Shown here: positions 53,223 through 64,000 of the stretch, one piece after another
Numbering within the stretch: the stretch's first letter is position 1
How the letters are laid out: every line of letters starts with the position of its first letter
Source: Eledone cirrhosa
Lineage: Eukaryota
Assembly: GCA_964016885.1 (NCBI GenBank)
Contig: OZ024754.1
Location: forward strand, 6,262,001 to 6,326,000
DNA length: 64,000 nucleotides
Direction of reading: 5' to 3'
Made by a program: the position numbers and the translations under genes
Notes under the pieces: generated by a model
Told to the model about the DNA's origin: nothing
The model's input: the letters and a program-made list of their open reading frames with translations, nothing else
Database searches by the model: none

Positions 53223-54104
53223 TGTCCAATGCACTATGCTCATAATTGTAATGGGTTAAAAGTAATTGAGATCCATTATGGAGTTTGGAACTGCAAATTA
53301 ATGAAACACATGTTAGTTATTTAGTTCTACAGTGCTCCCACTGCATACATTGGTTATCTGTACTTCTCTATGGTACCTAGGATAGTAATTCCGCACCTCT
53401 TTATGGTTCAGCCTTCCACTAGGCTCTACACTTTATTCCACATGCTCTGCAGATATTACCTTGGAGTAGGTAACACTAGCAAAACAAATTTGGAATGTTA
53501 ATTCACTTATAGAAGAACACATGATGAAAGAAATTGAGAAATGGTTGTATTTACAGCTCCATACAAACCATCTCTTATAAATATTGTCACTTTACTCTAC
53601 ATAGAAACCTCCCAAAAGTAAATAGGAGTTAAATTATATAACATCAATTCTGTCTATCATGACATTTAGAAGAGGAAGTGCCAAAAATTGTCTTGAGGGA
53701 TCCTCGGCAGGGTGTGTGAAGACATGTAGAATCATGTCACATATATTGACAGCCTGAAGCTGGACACTGGCTTGGGATATATCCAGGAAGTAACGATAGC
53801 AATGATAGACAGAGAAATGTGGTGCATATCATGTTATATACATTGACAGCCTGAAGTAGGATAATGTATGAAATCTATCCTGGAACTGTAGATGACAATG
53901 ATGGACATAGAAGTTTGATGGAGGTCTTGTCACATATATTGAGAACCTGAAGTAGGACACTGGCCTAGAATATATCCAGGAACTAAATATAGCAATGATG
54001 GACAGAGAAGTGTATAAAAGGGACTTTTTCTACTTGGAAGAGGTTGGAATTGAGGATAACTAATTAACTAACTAACCCTGTTATCAGGAAAAGTGTTAGC
54101 TAAC

Positions 54105-54310
54105 CAATATATTAATAGCTAACCAACATAATAATAGCTAACCAATAAATTAATAGCTAACCAACATGTTAATAGCTGACCAACATAATAATAGCTAACC
54201 AACATATTAATAATTAACCAACATAATAGCTAACCAACATAATAACTAACCAACATAATAGCTAACCAACATAATAATAGCTAACCAACATATTAATAGC
54301 TAACCAATAT
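54105..54310. repeat. short tandem repeat AATAGCTAACCAACAT
   Basis: Repeated 16-20-bp units. Confidence 0.85.
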
Positions 54311-55286
54311 ATTTGTTTCTACTTTAGGCACAAGGCCAGCAATTACCCAGTTCATTACTGGTACTTTATTTTATCGATCCCGTAAGGATGAAAGGCAAAG
54401 TCAACCTCGGCGGGATTTGAACTCAGATCGTAAAGGGACGTAACTATGCTGGAAAGCATGGCGTCCGACCCTCTACCGATACTGCCAATCCAATATATTA
54501 ATAATTAACCAACATATTATAACTAACCAACATAATTGCTTAGTAACATATTACCAGCTAACTAACATAATAAAAGTTTCTACTTTTGGCACAAGGCCAG
54601 CTATTTCTCCAGTGAATTACTGGTGCTTTATTTTATCGACCCTGTAAGGATGAAAGACGAAAGTTAACCTCAGCGGGATTTGAACTCTGACCGTAAAGGG
54701 ACGTAAGTCTATGCTGCAAATATGTTGTCTGACCCTCTACCAATCCAATAGCTAACCAATATATTAATAGCTTGTTCAGTTACAATTTTTTGCATTGAAG
54801 AAATAAATGGAAAGGAAAATGCAAACATTCAATTAAAAAGCTGGAAACAGCAAAGTTAAGTAAGATGAGGTCTGTTTAATATTTAAATAGATGTCTGTAC
54901 TGTTTCTATGAACTAGACACAAATTAGTCAATAGCTATTGTCCATCTTGCTTGTAAACAGACAATATATGTTGTTACATTTCACAGCACAACTACAAGTT
55001 GTTAGACCACTGTATAATTGTTGAATTCATCTGTGACTTACTCCACTCTGTTCAAATCATACCCTGGTACGAGCTAATGAGTGAACCTTTATAGAAATAA
55101 CAACCAAATTTCCCTCAACCATCTTAAGAAATGACTGATATATTAATGTAATTCTAGACAAGTCTGTCCTAAGCCTTTTGAGTTATCAGGCTGGAGCTTA
55201 TGCAGTTTTTAATTGCATTAAGTGACCAAGAGTTGAAGACACTCATGGACAGGCCACCAGTCTATTATTAGTGCTTCCAGAGAGTT

Positions 55287-55545
55287 TTATCGGGAGCAAC
55301 CACCTGCAATTAATCTGACTATCCTCAAGTAAGACCAACCAAGCTTATGGATGTTATCCAGCCATCTTGCTCTTAGTCTACCACTGGGTCTCCTGATGGC
55401 TGGTTTTACCCATGAAATATGTCCAGTAATTCTTCTTTCCTTAGACATTTTAACCACATGTCTGTAGTATTGGAGCTGTGATCTCTTGATTCGGAGAAGT
55501 AGTTGTACTATTTGGAGTGACTCATTGACCTCCGAGCTATGCACC
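55287..55545 (-). mobile_element. RTE-like LINE 3' relic
   Basis: LLRIKRSQLQYYRHVVKM...RPSGRLRARW. Relatives at 19505-19770 and 52350-52630. Confidence 0.65.
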
Positions 55546-56394
55546 CTCATCATCATCATTGTTTAACGTCTATCTCCCACGCTAGCATGGGTTAGGTAGG
55601 AGTTGTCCCACTTGAGGCAAGGTTGGTCGGTTGACCGTGTCTCGCTTATATAGGACTATCTGGCAGGTTTTCTACGGCTGGATGCCCTTCCTAACCCCAA
55701 CCACATTTACAGTGTGGAACTGGGAACTTTTTACCGTGTTACCTACACGGCCACATTAGAGCGTGGACTGTGTGTTTTTTTGTTGTGACACCTACACGAT
55801 CTCAATCTTGATCTCATTATCTCATTTATAAGTTATATTACATCTAGAGATACTTATCCACCCAGCTTATATCACAACTACCCATCATATTTAGTAGCCA
55901 TATTTCTACAACCTGCGACCCCTTTTCTAGTAGAACAGCTCTGTCAATACTTCAAGAAACATATTTAGGAATGTTTTTTTTCTAAACTTTATTTTCTAAA
56001 TCTGAGAGTGTAACACCATTGTAAAGTGTGTGTGTCGGAGAGGGGGAGTATGGTGGAAGCAGTGCCTTCCAGTCCCCCCCCCCCTTACTATGTCAAGTTC
56101 CAATTAAGATTTCTGACACAAATGACCCCTAACCAAACTCATTCAACTCTATCAATATTCCCTAATCCTAACAATGAGTTAACTGACTTTCAAGGAATGA
56201 ATGAAAATAAATCTCAATACAAAACCACGACTGTTGTTTTTTCTTCTCCGTTTACTTCCATGATAAAACCACATTTATAACATTTTGAGGGTCATATTAA
56301 GTTGAAATATAATCTCCTTTAATCCTCCTCATTTTACTAATCGTGTCTGATAATCCAATAAATGGATTTATTGCCAAATTATCGCACTTCATAG

Positions 56395-56620
56395 TTAACC
56401 CTTTCATTACCATATTTCTAATGAAAGACAATGTCTATGTCATTAACCCTTCCATTACCATATTTCTAATGAAAGACAATGTCTATGTCATTAACCCTTC
56501 CATTACTATATTTCTAATGAAAGACACTGTCTATGTCATTAACCCTTTCATTACCATATTTCTAATGAAAGACACTGTCTATGTCATTAACCCTTTCATT
56601 ACCATATTTCTAATGAAAGC
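56395..56620. repeat. 48-bp tandem array of a MITE terminus
   Basis: TTAACCCTT recurs at 56395, 56443, 56491, 56539 and 56587. The unit matches the end of the second TTAA-MITE family. Confidence 0.9.
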
Positions 56621-56689
56621 CTTGTGTTGCCTCAAGACTTTAGTGAATGACATTTACTCAAGATGCCAAGTAATGGGACTTTATGAATG

Positions 56690-57265
56690 CTAAGTCTATT
56701 GCAGGATTAACTCCCCAGCTACTACTGGTACTCACTCTGAGCTGCATGTACTGGAGCAGGCCAATGCTAATCCATGCTTTCCTTGGCATTAAGTGACTGA
56801 GAGTACAAGAGTCTCCCTGGATAGGATGCCGGTCTATTGCAGGATTAACTTCCCAGCTTCTGCTGGTACTCACTCTCAGCTGAGTGTACTGGAACAACTC
56901 CATGGATAGGATGCTAGTCTATCACAGGATTAACTTCCCAGCTACTGCTGGTACTCACTCTCAGCTGAGTGTAGTGGAACAACTCCCTGGATAGGATGCC
57001 GGCCTATCACAGGATTAACTTCCCAGCTACTGCTGGTACCCACTCTCAGCTGAGTGTAGTGGAACAACTCCCTGGATAGGATGCTAGTCTATCACAGGAT
57101 TAACTTCCCAACTACTGCTGGTACTCGCTCTCAGCTGAGTCTACTGGAGCAACATGAAATAAAATGTTTTGCTCAAGAACACAACACAGCTCCTTGTCCA
57201 GGAATTGAACTGATGTCATTATGATCCTATGACAAACATCCTAACCATTCGGCCATGCTCCTTCA
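56690..57265 (-). mobile_element. tRNA-derived SINE with internal 85-bp tandem amplification
   Basis: Units start at 56813, 56898, 56983 and 57068. tRNA-like head at about 57180-57265. Relatives at 2790-2930 and 10620-10855. Confidence 0.75.
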
Positions 57266-57429
57266 CATGTTCTAAAATAACAACCTATCAAATCACTATA
57301 CACAACATTTGGAGCTGTGTTCACATTTGCTCCTCACTTCTGACATAACATTTTGTTTTTATTATTATTTCTTTTTTAAATTTTGGTGATTATGTGAGTA
57401 GAATGCACCAGAATATGAATGGTAAGGGT

Positions 57430-60400
57430 AAAGAATGGTGGTGGTGATGGTGATGGTGGTGAGGGTAGTGGTGGAGGTGGTGATCATTCTGGCTGGTAGT
57501 CCTATTCTGTAGATGGTGGCAGTGGTGGTAATCATTCTGGCTGGTAGTCCTGTTATGTAGATGGTGGTAGTGATCATTCTGGCTGGTAGTTCTGTTATGG
57601 TGATGTTGGAAGAGGCGGTGGTGGTGGTGGTAATACATGTATAATTGTTTCTATTTTTGGCACAAGGCCAGCAATTACCCAGTACGTTACTGGTACTTCA
57701 TTTTATCGACCCCGTAAGGATGAAAGGCAAAGTTAACCTCGACGGGATTTAATGATAGTTGTATTGTGCAGATGATGGCGATGGGGATGATGATGGTGGT
57801 GGTGGTGGTGATGGTGGTATGATAGTTGTATTGTGGAGATGGTGGGGATGGGGATGATGATGGTGGTGATGGTGGTATGATAGTTGTATTGTGGAGATGG
57901 TGGGGATGGGGATGATGATGGTGGTGATGGTGGTATGATAGTTGTATTGTGGAGATGGGGATGATGATGGTGGTGGTGGTGGTGATGGTGGTATGATAGT
58001 TGTATTGTGGAGATGGGGATGATGATGGTGGTGGTGGTGGTGATGGTGGTATGATAGTTGTATTGTGGAGATGGTGGCGATGGGGATGATGATGGTGGTG
58101 GTATGATAGTTGTATTGTGGAGATGGTGGTGGTGGTGTTACATGCATTCTGGTAGTTCTGTTATGTAGTTGGTGGCAGAGATGGTGGTGGTATTACATGT
58201 ATTAAGATAGTTGTGTTATGTAGATGGTGGTGGTGGTGATGGTGATAGCTGTATTATGTAGCAGCAGCAGTGGTGGTGGTGGTGGTGATAATGATGATAG
58301 CTGTAATATGAGGTTGGGGTGGGGGTGAAGAGAGCTGTAATATGTGTGGTGGTGGTGTTGAAGATAGCTGTTATGTGTGGTGGTGAAGATAGTTGTGTTA
58401 TGTGTGGTGGTGGTGGTGGTGAAGATAGCTGTTATATATGGTGGTGGTGGTGAAGATAGCTGTTATATGTGGTGGTGGTGGTGGTGAAGATAGCTGTTAT
58501 ATATGGTGGTGGTGGTGGTGAAGATAGCTGTTATATATGGTGGTGGTGAAGATAGATGTTATATATGGTGGTGGTGGTGGTGGTGAAGATGTTATATGTG
58601 GTGGTGAAGATAGCTGTTATATGTGGTGGTGGTGAAGATAGCTGTTATATGTGGTGGTGGTGAAGATAGTTGTTATATGTGGTGGTGGTGGTGGTGAAGA
58701 TAGCTGTTATATGTGGTGGTGGTGGTGGTGAAGATAGCTGTTATATATGGTGGTGGTGAAGATAGCTGTTATATGTGGTGGTGGTGGTGGTGAAGATAGC
58801 TGTTATATGTGGTGGTGGTGAAGATAGTTGTTATATGTGGTGGTGGTGGTGGTGAAGATAGCTGTTATATATGGTGGTGGTGAAGATAGCTGTTATATGT
58901 GGTGGTGGTGGTGGTGAAGATAGCTGTTATATGTGGTGGTGGTGAAGATAGTTGTTATATGTGGTGGTGGTGGTGGTGAAGATAGCTGTTATATGTGGTG
59001 GTGGTGGTGGTGAAGATAGCTGTTATATATGGTGGTGGTGGTGAAGATAGCTGTTATATATGGTGGTGGTGGTGAAGATAGCTGTTATATATGGTGGTGG
59101 TGGTGGTGGTGAAGATAGCTGTTATATATGGTGGTGGTGGTGAAGATAGCTGTTATATATGGTGGTGGTGAAGCTAGCTGTTATATATGGTGGTGGTGGT
59201 GGTGGTGAAGATAGCTCTGTTATATATGGTGGTGGTGGTGGTGAAGATAGCTGTTATATATGGTGGTGGTGGTGGTGAAGATAGCTGTTATATATGGTGG
59301 TGGTGGTGGTGGTGAAGATAGCTGTTATATATGGTGGTGGTGAAGATAGCTGTTATATATGGTGGTGGTGAAGATAGCTGTTATATATGGTGGTGGTGGT
59401 GGTGAAGATATTATGTAGATTGTGGTGATGGTGATAACTGTATTTGTAGATGGTGGAGGTGGTGGTGAAGATAGATGTTTTATGGTGGTGGTGGTGGTGA
59501 TGGTAACTGTATTATGATTAAGTGGTGGTGGAGGAAGTGGTGATGAAGATAGCTGTGTTATGTGCTGGTGGTGGTGGTGATGAAGATAGCTGTGTTATGT
59601 GCTGGTGGTGGTGGTGATGTTGATAGCTGTGTTATGTGCTGGTGGTGGTGGTGATGTTGATAACTGTGTTATGTGCTGGTGATGAAGATAGCTGTGTTAT
59701 GTGCTGGTGGTGGTGGTGATGTTGATAGCTCTGTTATGTGCTGGTGATGATGAAGATAACTCTGATATGCAAATGGTGACATTGAAAGTGGTGGTGATGA
59801 TGGTAGTGATGTTGGTGTTGAAAATGATGGTGGCAGTTGTGCTAATGAACTGGTGGTGGTGGTGGTTGTGTAGTGGTGGTGGTGGATGTGTGGGTGGTGG
59901 AGTGGTGGTGGTGGTGTTGGTTTTGATGGCTGTGTAGTGGTGGTGGTTTTGATGGCTGTGAAATGATGGTGGTGGATGTGTGGGTGGTGGAGTGGTGGTG
60001 GTGGATGTGTGATGGTTATGTGGTGGTGTAGTAGTGTAGTGGTGGTGGTGGTTTTGATGGATGTGTGATGGTTATGTGGTGGTGTGGTGGTGGTGGTTTT
60101 GATGGCTGTGATGATAGCTGCATAAATGTTGATGATGATGGTGGTATTAGCAAGTAGCAGTGGTGGTGGTGGGGTGAGTATGTGTCTGTGTTTGTGTGCA
60201 TTAGACAGGGCTTAGGAGGGAGGGGAGAATCAGGGGAAGTGATGATGCTGTTGCAGCTGCTCTTGTTTTTCTCATAGTGGTGGTGGCAGCGGTGGTGGTA
60301 ATATGGTGGTAGTGGTTCTGTGGTGGTGGCTCTGTGGTTGTGGTGTTTATATGGTGGTAGTGGTTCTGTGGTGGTGGCGGTGGTGGTTCTGTGGTAGTGG

Positions 60401-60490
60401 TGGTGGTTCTCTAGGAGTGGTGTTGGTGGTGGTGGTAAGTGATTGGTAGCAGTGGTGGTGGTGGTAGTGTTGGGTGTGGAGGTGGTCGTT
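57430..60490. repeat. (GGT)n-based compound minisatellite
   Basis: Units such as (GGT)3-6GAAGATAGCTGTTATAT and GATAGTTGTATTGTGGAGATGG. Confidence 0.93.
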
Positions 60491-61089
60491 GTGGTTTTGA
60501 GATGTTTTGTTGGTCAACGATGTTTGTGTCAATGTGAATTTACTGAAATGCAATATTGCTTCTGCTGCTGATAATAATAATAATGAAATTATTGTGTACA
60601 GTGCTCAGGTGCACTACAACTCATCAAAGGTGCATGTATAGTACATAGAATAATGTACACATGTCAGGAAAATGAACAGTGTATGAGTCATGAAATACAT
60701 GATGATGATGATGAGGAGGATAATGATGAAAATAACGATGATGATGATAATGATGATGATGATAAGGATGGTGAAGATAAAAGTGAATTTCCTGGTAAAA
60801 GGCCAAGCCTGTAGAGTAGACTCTGAAGAGATGGATGGATCAAATTGGTGAAGACACTGGAATACTGCTGCTCACACTGGAAAGGACCACTCTGGACAGG
60901 AAGAAATTAAAGGGTTTTGTGGGACATGAAGTGTGCCAGAATCTCATTGGAATTATGCAACTGGGAGATGAGATGAAGGAATATATTACAAATAACAAAT
61001 TATAATGGTTTCTGATTTAGACACAAGGCCAACAAATTTTTAGGGAAAGGTGGGGAAAGTTGATTAAATCAACCCCAGTGCATTACTGG

Positions 61090-61362
61090 TACTTTATTTT
61101 ATCGACCTGAACAAACTACCTGCATCAGTTGTTAGCTGTCGAGACACTGCATCCTTTAAAACCTCCATGCTTCCTGAGATTCGCCAATACTACACCTGAT
61201 ATTCCCCCTTCATCCACATACACACATGTATATCATGAGTCATGCACTATTCACTTCCCTGACATTTGTATATTTTTCTATGTACTATACATGCACCTTT
61301 GACGAGTTGTGGTGCACCTGAGCACTGTACACAATAATTTCATTATTATCATTATTATTATT
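61090..61362 (+). mobile_element. CR1/L2-like LINE 3' end with (ATT)n tail
   Basis: NKLPASVVSCRDTASFK resembles the CR1-type C-terminus. Inverted partial copies at 60570-60700 and 61628-61690. Confidence 0.6.
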
Positions 61363-62285
61363 AACCCCTTGTAGGGATGAAAGGCAAAGCTAACCTTGGC
61401 GGGATTAATAATAATAATTGTTTCTACTTTTGGCACAAGGCCAGCAATTATCCCAGTACATTACTGGTACTTTATTTTATCGACCTTGTAAGGATGAAAG
61501 GCAAAGTTAACCTCGGCGTGATTTGAACTTAGACCATAAAGGGCCATAACTCTATGCTGCAAAGCATGGAGTTTGATGCTCTACCGATATAATGATAATG
61601 GTTTCTGATTTAGGCACAAGGCCAACAAATTATTGTGTACAGTGCTCAGGTGCACTACAACTCATCAAAGGTACATGTATAGTACATAGAAACGTAGAGG
61701 GACACAAAGATTATTGTCCGACACTCTACTGATTCTGCCAATCCAATTTCAGATAAAATGCTTTGCAGCATTCATTCGAGTTCACTTAACCCTGAATTCA
61801 AGTCCCACCAAAATCTATTGTGCCTTTCATCTTTTTGAGGTCAATAAAAAAAGTAGCAATCCAGTACTGGGGTCGATTCTTCCTCCCTCTCTCTCTCACT
61901 TCCTTGCTATCACTCCTTGTTTCAGACCTGAGGGACGAGCCCTGTCAGGTTTAAAAAGTGTCCAAGAAATGCCATATATCACTATGCTGTCCCTACAACT
62001 CTACCAGGAGTTACATACAGGTCTATACATCCATTGTAAATTACAATGTATAGATGTGTAGGTGGTCAACAGAATCAGTTTAGCAGATTGTGTACAAAGT
62101 TCAGAGATATTTGCTTCTTTCTATAATAGAAGATTACATTGTTTCTCATTGAGTGGTTGGTTGATAAAGAGGAACCAGTTAATCCTACTTCATGGTTTAG
62201 TGATAAACAGTAGGAATAGAAACGACATCATACTATTACAAACTAACAAAATGTCCCAAACTATTGCAGTAGTAGAGTGTTGTCT

Positions 62286-62670
62286 TATGAAAGTGTGTGG
62301 TCTTGTGGTTAGGGTATTCAGCTCACAATTGTAAGATGAAGTGTTGTCTTGTGAAGGCATGTGGCCTTGTGGTTAGGGTATTCGGTTCACAATCGTAAGG
62401 TTGTGAGTTCAGTTCCTGGCGGCGCGTTGTGTCCTTGAGCAAGACACTTTATTTCACGTTGCGCCAGTCAACCCAGTTCGCAAAAATGAGTTGTACCCGT
62501 AACTCAAAGGGCCAGCTTTGTCACATTCTGCGTCATGCTGAGAACTACATTAAGAGTATGCATGTCTGTAGAATAGTCAACCACTTGCATGTTAATTTCA
62601 CGAGCAGGCTGTTCTACTGATTGGATCAACTGGAACACTCGTCGTCATAACCAACGGAGTGCCTCGTAAA
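62286..62670 (+). mobile_element. tRNA/CORE-like SINE with duplicated head and 13-bp TSD
   Basis: TSD TAGAGTGTTGTCT at 62273 and 62671. A relative lies on the minus strand at about 13860-14172. Confidence 0.8.
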
Positions 62671-62799
62671 TAGAGTGTTGTCTATACAAACAGTTCTGAA
62701 CATGTGATTTAACAATCACATACAATGCTTTAGCTTCTATCTTGAGTGGCTCTTGGGCACTATGACATTTCTATTATATTATATCATACTTATTTATTT

Positions 62800-63235
62800 A
62801 TCTTCGTTGCTGTAGTGGAGTCTGTGCTGCCGTACTGGTCTGAGACATGGACACTGACCAAGAAACTCACTCAGATGGCGGATGGGTGCTACACAAGAAT
62901 GCTGAGGATGGCTCTGAACATTAATCAGTATACACTGAGGGTGCAGAACTCAGAGCTGTATGGGAGCCTCCCAAAAGTCAGCTCAAAAATGACAGAGGTT
63001 AGCTGGACATGCTCACCGACATCCAGAGTTGACACTGCACTCAGTGCTCCTGTGGGAACTTCTGCATGGACACACTGGAAGAGGCGGACCGAGGTTAACA
63101 TAAGTTGATGCCCTAAGGACAGAAACTGGTCTCTTGGAGACGCAGGACATGGCAGCGATAATGAGGGACAGAGACCGCTGGAGAGAACTCGTTCATTGAT
63201 CTCGGGAATTTTACCCGCCCTAGATAGATAGATAC
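62800..63235 (+). mobile_element. RTE-like LINE 3' fragment with (TAGA)n tail
   Basis: AVVESVLPYWSETWTLTKKL...DGCYTRMLRMALNI. Confidence 0.75.
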
Positions 63236-64000
63236 TTATTTATATATTATGTGAAAGTGTGTGGTTTAGTGGTTAGAGTGTTGAGCTCAGAATCATGAGA
63301 TTGTGAGTTCAATTTATGATGCATTGTATCTTTGAGCAAGAAATTTTATTTCAGATTGCTCTAGTTCACTCAGCTGGTAAACAGGAATTGTGATATCACT
63401 GGTGCTGAGCTCTATCAACTTTAACCTTTCCCTTGGACTACATCATATATAATGTATCTATCTTCTTATTGAGTCACTGCATCACTACACCACACACATC
63501 CAGTGTTGCACACAGAGCCTTGCCTGGGATGTTAACAGTTCAAGGTCGTTAAGTATTCATGAATCTTCAAGACTGGGGCAAAATAGAAGGTGCTCCATAT
63601 TTTATAATTGCCCACATTGGCAGTTGGAATCATTATTGGTGGTATATCCCCATTTCTGAAGGTTGACTCTACAGAGATCAACAGCTGTTTTATACTCACT
63701 GGTCTTGAATAATTGTCCTCACCTCCAGATTATTAATCCGGCCAGAATTCTCTCACCTCTTTCTGTTCAAATTGGCTGTAACCGGCCACTCATACTGATG
63801 TTAAGGTATTCTTCTCAAAATAAATAATATCAAAATTGCATTGACTTGATATTATGTGAGATTATTATATGAGATAAAGCCTTTACCACAAAAATATGAT
63901 AGTAAATATAAGGTAATATAAATGCTAAAGAGTTAATTTCTCAGCTTTTTTCCAACTCCACCGCTTATTCATTAATTTTGCTAATCTATCTCTGATGAAA

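Noticed and set aside
57365-60806. His/Pro/Thr-rich ORFs
   Set aside because: Reverse-strand translations of (GGT)n/(GAT)n repeats.

Overview
AT-rich, repeat-dense eukaryotic DNA. The SINE and LINE families present point to an octopod cephalopod (inference). The only well-supported protein-coding sequence is the 5' end of a CNOT4/NOT4-like gene on the minus strand, with two coding exons: MSGEDQIE (3093-3116) and CPLCMDPLEIDDKNFFPCTCGYQ (1876-1944), the first half of the C4C4 RING. The rest of the gene lies left of the window. A CpG-rich, probably bidirectional promoter at about 50.3-50.5 kb may supply its non-coding first exon, which would imply an intron of about 47 kb. The remainder is TTAA-flanked piggyBac-type MITEs, hAT and mariner-type MITEs, modular tRNA-derived SINEs, RTE/CR1 LINE relics, and mini- and microsatellites. 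Nearly all ORFs in the track are repeat artefacts. The most unusual signal is a set of small fold-back elements in (TA)n/(GA)n tracts that carry minimal type I hammerhead ribozyme motifs (Penelope-pLTR-like). In one relative the palindrome axis falls about 2 nt from the position homologous to the predicted ribozyme cleavage site.
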